Virus record (IMG/VR): IMGVR_UViG_3300008263_000034
Span: 1-58,991 of that record
Reading direction: 5' to 3' (one strand)
Length of the DNA stretch: 58,991 bases
From: a virus
Lineage: Duplodnaviria; Caudoviricetes
Shown here: positions 26,966-35,348 of the stretch, piece after piece
Layout: each line of letters opens with the position of its first letter
Position numbering within the stretch: the stretch's first letter is position 1
Made by a program: the position numbers and the translations under genes
Notes under the pieces: model-generated
Database searches by the model: none
What the model saw: the letters and a program-made list of their open reading frames with translations, nothing else
What the model was told of the DNA's origin: nothing

Positions 26966-28019
26966 TTATTTGGAGTAGAGGTCGCATATGTGCCCTTCAG
27001 CGGCAACTGGAATGTCGGGAATCCATGTCGGTGGGGTGTGCATGATTTCAAGGATCTTTGCAAGAGCTTCTTCGGCTTGCGCTTCCGGAACTTCACAAAC
27101 TATTTCGTCGTGGACGTGGAGGATGACGGGAAATCCCGCCGCATCCACTCGCAGCATCATGTCTGAGAAGATGTCTCGCGCCAATCCCTGTGACATGTTT
27201 TCGGTAAGAATACCACCCCACAACTGGAAGTCGCGGAGTTGGCCGTTGCGGACGATCTTGCCGATGTAGCGGAATCGGGTCACCGAACCAGCCTCTTTCA
27301 TCCGCTTGATCTTTCCGTAGCGCAAGGCACGATTAGATGGCAGTTCCAGTTGGAATGGCTCACCGACAGCACAGGCAGTTGCCATGTTCTGGTCTAGCGA
27401 GCGCCAGAGTTTTGGCACTGTAGGCATACGCTCGCGGTATAGCTTAACTGCTTTCTCTGCTTCTTCGAGCGCCATGCCACTGAACGTAGAGAACTTGGCG
27501 GCGCCCATCCCGTACGAACAACCCAACGCGATCGATTTCACTTTGTGCCGTAGTTGCTTATCGTACTCCTTGAGCGGTCCGTTAGCCGGATCATGTAGAC
27601 CCAAGAGTACACCGAACGCATGGTAGATGTCGTCGGACTCACGGATCAGATCGAGTGCTTTACGGTCCTCGGCGAGCCAGCACAAGGTACGAACTTCAAT
27701 CTGCGACAAGTCGGCAACAATCAGCTTGTATCCGTCCTTCGGCCTAATCATGTGGCGGAAGTTAACGCCGAACATCCCCTCTCTTGGGAGGTTCTGGAGA
27801 TTGAGATTACCACCACTACCGCTGAAACGTGCCGTTGGGTTAGCACCACAGTACATTAAGCCGCCGTAGTATCTACCGTCAGGCATTGTCCCGCCATCAA
27901 ATGCCTCCAGCTTACGGAGGAAGGTATTGATGCGTCGGTAGTTTTGCACGGCACGCGCCCAAGGGCACGCGTCTTGGAATGCGGCAAACCATTTGTCTGC
28001 TTCCTCATTACCAGCGGCT
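26966..28019 (-). CDS. polA: Family A DNA polymerase, polymerase domain (out of frame with the exonuclease domain)
   Basis: TARFSG, NLQNLP, motif A ADLSQIEVR, motif B R...K...L...YG, motif C HVHDE. Confidence 0.9.
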
Positions 28020-28586
28020 GTCAATAGGAATACCTCTCTGCCCAACCTTTCGATTGAGCTCGCTGATGTCTCGCTCCGTTTGAGGCCATCTATCAGATAG
28101 CTCCTGCCACAAGCGTAAGCAGAGCTCGGAGTCCTTAATGGCATACTCGGTAACCTCTTTCTTGAAGTCATCGGTCATCAAGTTCCACTGCTTGCCTTTC
28201 ATGTTGTCGCGGGTAGTCTTGCTGATCTCCAAACCGAATACGGCTGCTGATGCGTTCTTCAAAGACCGTGGGAGGCCGAGGAACGCTGTCATGTCAGCTG
28301 TGCAATGCCACTCAGCAGGGCTGCATGGGCTAAACCACCCGACCTCAACACCGTAAAGATACAGGCTCTCGTCGAATGAAGCGTTGTGGCTTAGCAATAC
28401 ATGACCGTTCAGCATAGACCAGTCAAACTGCCTAGGACATCCGGCGTAAACAAAACCATCATCGCCTACTACTGTTACCATGTAGGCGTCGAATTGAGGG
28501 TGTGAAAAGTAACCCCTCGGTCCCAATGTTGTGATGGAACAGTCACTGTCGTAATACGACTCAAAGTCAATAGCGTAAGTTATCAT
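28008..28586 (-). CDS. polA: Family A DNA polymerase, 3'-5' exonuclease domain
   Basis: ExoI DFES, ExoII HNASFD, ExoIII YAIKD; ends at RGIPID. Confidence 0.85.
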   Translation of the reverse strand: MITYAIDFESYYDSDCSITTLGPRGYFSHPQFDAYMVTVVGDDGFVYAGCPRQFDWSMLNGHVLLSHNASFDESLYLYGVEVGWFSPCSPAEWHCTADMTAFLGLPRSLKNASAAVFGLEISKTTRDNMKGKQWNLMTDDFKKEVTEYAIKDSELCLRLWQELSDRWPQTERDISELNRKVGQRGIPIDSRW

Positions 28587-28605
28587 ATGTTATGGGCATA
28601 AAGAA

Positions 28606-28644
28606 ACCGCGCACGATACACTGGTGTAGCGTATCGTGCGCGGT
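28606..28644 (-). terminator. Intrinsic terminator between the SSB operon and the polymerase gene
   Basis: Perfect 14-bp inverted repeat ACCGCGCACGATAC followed by TTCTTT on the minus strand. Confidence 0.7.
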
Positions 28645-28654
28645 AAATGTGTTA

Positions 28655-28885
28655 TTACTCTAGCTCCAGATCCAGCTCAAGCTGCTGCGGGAGGCGTCGA
28701 ATACGATCCATCTCGTTATCAAGAGCATTTGCCACCAAATTCAAAGACATCTTCTGAACCGTGAGCTCAGTGATCTGATCGTTGAGTTTGGTGATGTTAT
28801 CGTCGATTTCGGTAACTACGCTGCGGATGGAGTCGAGCTCGCGCTTTAGGAGTACAAGCGGGTTATCAATTATAGCTGTGCTCAT
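28655..28885 (-). CDS. Small coiled-coil protein
   Basis: Heptad pattern; ATGA coupling. Confidence 0.6.
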   Translation of the reverse strand: MSTAIIDNPLVLLKRELDSIRSVVTEIDDNITKLNDQITELTVQKMSLNLVANALDNEMDRIRRLPQQLELDLELE

Positions 28886-29508
28886 TGGTCGCCCCCTTTT
28901 GTAAGGCGTGCGGCAAACTCAGCTACCTCAGTTGATACGCTATCTTTAGTAGCAGCCAGCGTTGGCACGTACCAGCTGTACTTCCCTTTGGACATCAGTT
29001 CAGTTCCGAAGTTCCAAAATCTGGAAGACACCGGAACATCAGGGTTGAACGTCGAGAAGGTAAACAGACGCTTGTATGTCATGCGGTAGGCATCCTTCTG
29101 AACGGTGATACGACCAATTTGATAATTGTTATCGCCGATTGGGTAAGGGAACATTGCGTCATCATCGCCGACTTGAGGAATAAGTAGGATGATTTCAGCA
29201 AACTCCGTTATGTCGTAGCTGCTTTCTACGGCGAGGCTTTTTGCGTCGGCTTCGTTAGACACGATCTTCGGCATGTAGTCCTCACCAAAAGGAACGTCTT
29301 CTTTCCACCGCTTGATTGCACCGATCACAACGACCGGAGTTTTTTGTTCGGCTTCGAGGAGGACGGAGTCCTTGTCAATCACAACCGAACCGATAGGTCC
29401 TTCGATTTCCGACATCTTTTGGATGACGTTAAGGCGAGGGATGTCGATGTCTTGCGCTGCAAAGGCAAGTCCGGTTGCTGTGTTTGTGCTTAGTGCTTCT
29501 GTGCTCAT
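28882..29508 (-). CDS. Putative ssDNA-binding / recombination protein
   Basis: DIDIPRLNVIQKMS and KYSWYVP motifs; lies between the Cas4-like nuclease and PolA; likely start at 29508. Confidence 0.55.
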   Translation of the reverse strand: MSTEALSTNTATGLAFAAQDIDIPRLNVIQKMSEIEGPIGSVVIDKDSVLLEAEQKTPVVVIGAIKRWKEDVPFGEDYMPKIVSNEADAKSLAVESSYDITEFAEIILLIPQVGDDDAMFPYPIGDNNYQIGRITVQKDAYRMTYKRLFTFSTFNPDVPVSSRFWNFGTELMSKGKYSWYVPTLAATKDSVSTEVAEFAARLTKGGDQ

Positions 29509-29581
29509 ATTACTGTTTTCTGTTTCTGATTGGTTGTTGCGTTCGCTTACTAAAGGGGACATCCATAACTCCCTTTTCTCC

Positions 29582-30721
29582 TCATCGTGAGGAAAGTGTG
29601 TATCGTGTTGGTCCGACCTCGACGATGCCGAGATCAATAGCTTCGGTTTCGAAGCTGTCAACAACAAAAGATTTTTTTCCTCTAGGTGTTTTTTCGTGGA
29701 GGGCTTTTGAGAGCTGACCCATTGTCAGGTCAGCAGCCTCGATAACCTCATCGAGACCCAAGCCGTGCTTAACAGCGAGTTGGGCGAGGTAGTTTTTCTC
29801 GATCGTCTTCTTGAGAGAGCCCATTGACCGTAGCTTATGGTTCTCAAATTCATGTCCGGCTAACGCCAAGCCAGTAGTCTTGTGCTTAATGGACTGCGCC
29901 CAATTCTCGACGATCTTAGCCACAACGAACAGCCGCTCAAGAACCTCTGGGTCCTCTACATCAGACGGCCTAATGGGGCCTGTAGGTAAGAGTTCAGGAC
30001 TAACCCTCGTTGCGATCTCTACGCAGACTGCGCCTAACGCGGGGCAGCTTTCTTCGTATCGGCAGAAACGACAGTTTACCGAGGGGGTGACGTCGTCAAT
30101 TTCAATCGAGCCCGTCTCCCACTTGGGTCGTGTGATCTCTGCTTTCCTAATTATCTCAGAAATTTGGTTACGTAAGTCGCCCATTTGTTCGCGCTTAAAT
30201 AACCCGCAAAGGACACCGCCATTGAGTGGCACGATGAAGGCAAACTTAATCGTGTGTATGTGGGGGAACATCTGCAATACTGCCAACGCATATGCCTTAG
30301 ATTGCCAGTTCTTCTCAGGCTCGTCGATCTTGCTGATGCCTGTCTTGTAGTCGATCATTACGGCATCTCCTTCTGCGGTATGTACCAGCAGGTCGCATGT
30401 GCCAAAGGTCGGCGTGGCCGCATCGAGTTCAAGGTGCAGCCGAATTTCTCGTTCAATAATCTTAGGGGTGTCACCAAAGACACCGTTGAGTATTTCTTCC
30501 TCGTCCGCAAGGATGGCCTCATAGAGTTTGACTTCTTCCTCGTCGTGCAGAGCGGACGGGTCACGAACCTCCAGAGCTTCGTGGATGCGCGTTCCTTTTT
30601 CGGCTGCGCCTGACGTTCCCTCCTTGCCGTGGTATCCGGCACAGGTGGCGACATACTTGAGGGATGATGGTCCGAACTCAGCATGAGCGCGTTCGGAATG
30701 GTTTATGGTTTCTTGATTCAT
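29582..30721 (-). CDS. Cas4/RecB-like PD-(D/E)XK exonuclease (DUF2800-like)
   Basis: HA...PSS...C, GTRIH, GTCD, IDYKTG, Q..AY and CRFC...CP. Confidence 0.85.
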   Translation of the reverse strand: MNQETINHSERAHAEFGPSSLKYVATCAGYHGKEGTSGAAEKGTRIHEALEVRDPSALHDEEEVKLYEAILADEEEILNGVFGDTPKIIEREIRLHLELDAATPTFGTCDLLVHTAEGDAVMIDYKTGISKIDEPEKNWQSKAYALAVLQMFPHIHTIKFAFIVPLNGGVLCGLFKREQMGDLRNQISEIIRKAEITRPKWETGSIEIDDVTPSVNCRFCRYEESCPALGAVCVEIATRVSPELLPTGPIRPSDVEDPEVLERLFVVAKIVENWAQSIKHKTTGLALAGHEFENHKLRSMGSLKKTIEKNYLAQLAVKHGLGLDEVIEAADLTMGQLSKALHEKTPRGKKSFVVDSFETEAIDLGIVEVGPTRYTLSSR

Positions 30722-32016
30722 AATTCTTGTTTCGTGTGAAGTGTTTCCATAGCTTTACGCTTCGCCTCAAGTGCTGTCAATACTTTTTCTTCAATAGTTT
30801 TTGATGCGATCAGAACCCTTTGAATAGAAGGGCTTTTTGAGTTTGCTCGGTGGATGCGTCCGAGTGTTTGGATATATTCTTTCACGTTAAACGTAGGGGA
30901 GATTAGGCTCATGCGCGGGTGCCCGCCGTGTTCATCGTGGAGGGATACGCCAACCCCACCAGCGGCAATGTTGCATAGGATCACGCGTGTTTGGTTGGTT
31001 TGGAACCGTTGCACGTTATCTTCGCGAACCATAGCCGACTGACCTCCGACCACGCACGACGCATCAGGGAATGCTGCGGCTAGTGCTTTGACCGTATCTA
31101 CGAAGTTGACGAACACGGCCACGCTGTAACCTTCTTCGTTTGCGTCTTCGATCATGCTGATGATGTCGGGCACTTTTGCTGCTTCCGCAAGTTGGCGAGC
31201 GCGGAGAATCTCGACAAGGATATGGGGGCTCGCGCCACCGTCCTCCACGAACCGCTCTACGATCTCAGGTGTGACGCCGTGTTGCTTGTAAAATTTAGCG
31301 ATGTCGCTCAGACCAGAAAACGCAAGTGGCTCCGTAATAACATGATTATCTGTGAATGCGGACGGCAGATCAGATGGCGCGAGCTTAACACATTTCACGC
31401 CGTAGAGTTCTTTATTGAGTTCAGCCAGCTTTGCAAGTGGACCAGCTATCCAGTTCTTCCAGTGGTCTTGCTTACAACCGTATTGCATCATCCACGAGAA
31501 CCAACTCTTTAGTTTGCCAACAGGTTTGTTGAGTGAGTGTGCATCTAAAACAAAACCGATTGCACGCATCTCCGTCGGATCTTGGCACGCGGTAGCTGAC
31601 AGCAGTAGGTTGTACAGACCCGCTTGCTTGGCTGCGATCAGCATCTGGGCGTTCTGGCTGAAAGGTGATTTGCACTTGTGGCACTCGTCCCAAATTAACA
31701 AGGTCTCTTGGGGTAGCTGCCAACGGAAAAGTTTCTTACCTACTTTGGCTAAAAACGAATTACCTCTTTTGAGTTTCTCGTAGTTGGTTACAAAGATTGG
31801 TGTGATGCCCACCTCTTTAAGCTCGCGTTCCCATGACGGGATAACGATCTTCGGACACACGACGGCAACTGGAATGCCTAACTCTAACGCAACTCTGGAT
31901 GCGATAACTGTCTTGCCGACTCCCGTATGAGAGCCGTCAAGCGCGCCTCTATGCAGCTTGAGCGCAGCAATAAGGAAGTCAACGGATTCCCGTTGCTTGT
32001 CAAATAATGTTTTCAT
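30718..32016 (-). CDS. SF2 (SNF2-like) helicase
   Basis: TGVGKT, DECH, SAT, GVGVSL and QTLGRIHR. Confidence 0.9.
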   Translation of the reverse strand: MKTLFDKQRESVDFLIAALKLHRGALDGSHTGVGKTVIASRVALELGIPVAVVCPKIVIPSWERELKEVGITPIFVTNYEKLKRGNSFLAKVGKKLFRWQLPQETLLIWDECHKCKSPFSQNAQMLIAAKQAGLYNLLLSATACQDPTEMRAIGFVLDAHSLNKPVGKLKSWFSWMMQYGCKQDHWKNWIAGPLAKLAELNKELYGVKCVKLAPSDLPSAFTDNHVITEPLAFSGLSDIAKFYKQHGVTPEIVERFVEDGGASPHILVEILRARQLAEAAKVPDIISMIEDANEEGYSVAVFVNFVDTVKALAAAFPDASCVVGGQSAMVREDNVQRFQTNQTRVILCNIAAGGVGVSLHDEHGGHPRMSLISPTFNVKEYIQTLGRIHRANSKSPSIQRVLIASKTIEEKVLTALEAKRKAMETLHTKQEL

Positions 32017-32687
32017 TGCTTGCCTTTCGGTTGCTCGTCGTTATCAATGGTCTTCTTAAAGCCCACATTACCCGCAACATGATACACGACTACCCCTTCA
32101 GGGTTCATGTAGTTTGGGGCGGCTACACTTCCGTATCGTTTCAAATCACGAAGAGCCGCATCGACAACGGGGATGTCGTCGTAGGTATCATCAAAGAGGC
32201 ACCGATCAAGGATTGGCACCACCTTGCAGCAAGCTGGGGCATTCTCGGTGAACTTGGGTTCCGCTTTCGGGTTTTGGTTCTCAATGACGTAGGTGGGTTT
32301 ATCGGGTTTATCGTGTTCCACCCATCGTAAAGCGTTGAAGAGCGAGAAGAAACGCTCACCATTCTTAAAGCCGTATCCTCGTTGGATGCCAGAACCCCAC
32401 CACTCGCCAAAGTGATGACCCGCTCCTAATTTGACAAGCTCATCGGAATTGGCTCTAACCCATGCAGCGAATCCGAAGTTGTCGTCATCAGGCGTGATCC
32501 AGCGAGTTCTCGACCCAGCGTAGATGAGGAAATCAGCAGTGATGGCGGTGACTTTGGAAATGTCGCTACCGATAACTGGCTTGGGTTCGATGTAAACGCT
32601 TGCGTTGGTGCCATCAATTTTTTCTGTGATGAGGCACTCGCGTGAGAGGCGTGCCATCTTCGGGAATGGTTTGAATTCTGGTGTCAT
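32013..32687 (-). CDS. RNA ligase (Rnl2-like nucleotidyltransferase domain)
   Basis: Motif I TEKIDGTN, FGEW, FSLF, EGVVV and a terminal KK. Confidence 0.8.
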   Translation of the reverse strand: MTPEFKPFPKMARLSRECLITEKIDGTNASVYIEPKPVIGSDISKVTAITADFLIYAGSRTRWITPDDDNFGFAAWVRANSDELVKLGAGHHFGEWWGSGIQRGYGFKNGERFFSLFNALRWVEHDKPDKPTYVIENQNPKAEPKFTENAPACCKVVPILDRCLFDDTYDDIPVVDAALRDLKRYGSVAAPNYMNPEGVVVYHVAGNVGFKKTIDNDEQPKGKQ

Positions 32688-32720
32688 TTGTTTAGGTAGT
32701 GTGTGCGTGTTTTCATATTG

Positions 32721-33131
32721 TTAGAGGTGGCAGTCTTCGCAAGCCCAGCCCATGTTCCATGTGTAGATGAGCCTACGACCACACAAACATTCCATCTTAT
32801 CTTCTGGTGGGCGACCTGTTTCCACACCAAATTCTTCGGCTATAAATTCCGATCCGCAATGCGGGTTCTCAGGCTTCTTATATCGGTCATCCTGTAACGT
32901 GTTGCAGTGCTGGGCATCCAGTAGAATGTTGCAGCTACAGGCTATATGAGCTATGTGCGAGATACCGGATTCAGGATCTAGATCTTCACCGTCACGCCAC
33001 GCGTTGAGGTGTCGCATGATGGCTGCTACATATGTAGTCCATGCGGTCTGCTCCATAGCAAACGGTGGGATCAATGCTAGTGGTGTCTTCGTAGCGCCTA
33101 TTGCTCCTTTTGGATCATTCGGTGTGTTCAT
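32721..33131 (-). CDS. dATP/dGTP diphosphohydrolase-like (DUF5664) protein, apparently missing its G..KYG..NW segment
   Basis: K.PL.LIPP and Y.AA.MRHL.AW.DGEDLDPESG..H.AH..C motifs. Confidence 0.75.
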   Translation of the reverse strand: MNTPNDPKGAIGATKTPLALIPPFAMEQTAWTTYVAAIMRHLNAWRDGEDLDPESGISHIAHIACSCNILLDAQHCNTLQDDRYKKPENPHCGSEFIAEEFGVETGRPPEDKMECLCGRRLIYTWNMGWACEDCHL

Positions 33132-33167
33132 AACTATTGTTTTTATTTTTATGGATAGTGCTAGATA

Positions 33168-33494
33168 TTAACTGCGGTGTTTGTAATGCTGTGACCACGG
33201 TCGAAGGAAGGTCGGCATAGGTATCCAACCCCTATCACGCCTAGTTACTCCGAACCTTAATCGGAATCCAAACCAGTTGATAGCCAATCCACCGTAACAT
33301 TGACGGTCAATACTCGGTAAGATACCACCTCTCAGGTGTGGGTAACTGCGACCTTTGGCAACATCCACATCTACGGTTTTATAGTAATTCTGAAAGCTCA
33401 TCCAGTTGCAATCAATATACCACCACGGATAGTGTGAATTTCCGTTTCGATCCAACGGAATCTTGATCGCGACCTTCGGTTTTAGTTTACTCAT
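33168..33494 (-). CDS. Hypothetical protein
   Basis: 108 aa; TTGACA-17-TATGCA upstream (33546..33518). Confidence 0.5.
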   Translation of the reverse strand: MSKLKPKVAIKIPLDRNGNSHYPWWYIDCNWMSFQNYYKTVDVDVAKGRSYPHLRGGILPSIDRQCYGGLAINWFGFRLRFGVTRRDRGWIPMPTFLRPWSQHYKHRS

Positions 33495-33585
33495 AGTTTT
33501 TCAGGTGTGCGTTGGAGTGCATACGACTTATCGAGTCGGTTGTCAAATATTTTTGTCACAAATCAGCTGGCTAACTTGTGACAGA

Positions 33586-33864
33586 TCACAGTCTCCACGT
33601 GGTTGTAGTTACACTGTCACCGCAGGTCTCACACGAACCGTCTTCGGTTTCGTAATTATCCGAATCGAAGCAATCAATCAAGTCATCGACACGGACGTTG
33701 TTCCGCTTCAGTTCGTGCTTGAACCGTTCACATAGGTGGTCAACCAGTTCCATGATCTCTATGGGAGTCATCGGGTTGTATTCGCCGTAAAGATCCTTCC
33801 CGTTGGCGGTTGTGCCGAAGGAGAGGCATCCTTCTGATCTGATGATTTCGTATTTTTTTCGCAT
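33586..33864 (-). CDS. Hypothetical protein with a CxxC motif
   Basis: 92 aa, CETCGD. Confidence 0.6.
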   Translation of the reverse strand: MRKKYEIIRSEGCLSFGTTANGKDLYGEYNPMTPIEIMELVDHLCERFKHELKRNNVRVDDLIDCFDSDNYETEDGSCETCGDSVTTTTWRL

Positions 33865-33932
33865 AGTTATTTCGGTTACTTAGTAAGTTCATCCTGATTT
33901 ACTTTAAACACACCGACATATCAATTATTTTT

Positions 33933-34163
33933 TTAGAAAAGTTCGTCTTCCAAAAGAACGATCAGCTCTCGAAATGTTTCGGCAGTGTCGATGATAGAGT
34001 AGTCTGGCAAGTCAAACTCTTCAGCTACCATGTCTCTAAAAGCGACAAACTCTTCAGGCTCAAAGAACGCTTCAAGCTCACTGCTAAAAGGGAGCTTTAT
34101 CGCAGAGCCTGTGGTGTCTTCAACGATCGCCTCAAGAGCGTTTATGATGTAGCTTCGATTCAT
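33933..34163 (-). CDS. Acyl-carrier-protein-like acidic protein lacking the DSL serine
   Basis: 76 aa, acidic; ...VAEEFD...ETFRELI aligns to ACP helices II-IV. Confidence 0.55.
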   Translation of the reverse strand: MNRSYIINALEAIVEDTTGSAIKLPFSSELEAFFEPEEFVAFRDMVAEEFDLPDYSIIDTAETFRELIVLLEDELF

Positions 34164-34663
34164 AGTAGTTGGTGGTCTCGATTGTAGTAAGCAATTAGGG
34201 CTGCGTCAATAATTCCATCGTGGGGTGTTTTGCTTCTGCTGGTAGCCAGCCACTGCTCTGTAGGCCACAACTTGTTGGCAGCAGCTAGGGCGGCGACCTT
34301 GGTCATCCCCTTCGCAAGTCTCTTGCCGAGCACCGCGTCTTGCCACTCCTTGACCTGAACCCTTCTTACTTCAAATCGTTTAGCCTCACACGCCCCTAGA
34401 ATAAGACCAAATGAAATACTCATGGATCGCATCGCTTGTGAAGATTTGGCGTGTTTGAGTGGTTCTTCAACACAAACGATCATGTTGTTGCGATAAGGTT
34501 CCAGCCATTCAAGTAGTGCAGGAATATCCACTTCGGATGTTTTTGTAGTCTTTTTAATTGGCATCGCTCTATATGCAAGCACAGCGCCATCAAATGCCGC
34601 CACAGCGCAGAGACCACCACTGATCCCGTTGTCAATGCCTACGATAACAGTGTCATCATTCAT
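34160..34663 (-). CDS. Holliday junction resolvase, RuvC-like
   Basis: VGIDNG.SGG, VEE, FG, W...LG...K and HDG..DAALIA. Confidence 0.85.
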   Translation of the reverse strand: MNDDTVIVGIDNGISGGLCAVAAFDGAVLAYRAMPIKKTTKTSEVDIPALLEWLEPYRNNMIVCVEEPLKHAKSSQAMRSMSISFGLILGACEAKRFEVRRVQVKEWQDAVLGKRLAKGMTKVAALAAANKLWPTEQWLATSRSKTPHDGIIDAALIAYYNRDHQLL

Positions 34664-35261
34664 CCGACTCGTCGGGTTCTTCTGCGTCTATAACTACGGA
34701 AGCACTACCTCCGTTGGTTGCCCTGCTGTTATTGAGTATTGAGACGTCGATGGTGAGCGATCCTGACCCACCGCTTCCGCCTTTGGGGTTGAGGCCGAGG
34801 TTGCGGCGAATCAACTGGTCGAGCTCTGATAACTCACGGACGGTTCTCGGACCGCGTACATTTATTAAATTGTCGCGCAGCATTTTAATTGCACTCGCTG
34901 CGACGTAGGCTTGATACTTGTCTGCCGGACTGGATTGATTCTCGGCTACTTCCAATAAGGCTTGCTGTTCCGTATCTCGCGCTGCCAGTTTGGCGTCGGC
35001 AACTATGGCAGTGGTGGAGTCTTCAAGGTTTTTGGCGAATGGTTCGGCTTCGCTGTCTGGTTTGTCTACGATTACGTTTTTAAGCCACCGACAAACTGTG
35101 TCAGTGCTGACGCCAAGTTGCTCGGCAATACGAATCTTCATCACGCCTTGCTGATACAGCTCGATGGCGCGTTGGGTTCTCGCCGCTTTAGCTTGCCGAC
35201 GTTCAGCTTGTCCTTTGCGTAGCTCTGCCGTTGGCGTTAACTTTTTTTTTCTTACGGGCAT
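34656..35261 (-). CDS. HTH protein, terminase small subunit candidate
   Basis: IAEQLGVSTDTVCRWL helix-turn-helix; divergent from terL. Confidence 0.55.
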   Translation of the reverse strand: MPVRKKKLTPTAELRKGQAERRQAKAARTQRAIELYQQGVMKIRIAEQLGVSTDTVCRWLKNVIVDKPDSEAEPFAKNLEDSTTAIVADAKLAARDTEQQALLEVAENQSSPADKYQAYVAASAIKMLRDNLINVRGPRTVRELSELDQLIRRNLGLNPKGGSGGSGSLTIDVSILNNSRATNGGSASVVIDAEEPDESDE

Positions 35262-35348
35262 GTGCAAGTCAGAGAAGAGTATAAACTATTACTTGTCAAA
35301 CTTTTTTAATGTCGTAGCCTCCACTTCACTTTACTTATCACTTTACTT

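Noticed and set aside
28020-28171. N-terminus MTSRKRLPS... of the 401-aa PolA ORF as a real start
   Set aside because: It overlaps the ExoIII-coding frame, has no leader and does not resemble polymerase sequence
29582-30721. CRISPR-associated Cas4
   Set aside because: It sits in the replication block between the helicase and the SSB-like gene; this is the common stand-alone phage exonuclease
32721-33131. Z-genome or 7-deazaguanine modification pathway
   Set aside because: No PurZ, DatZ, Que or Dpd genes recognised in the window
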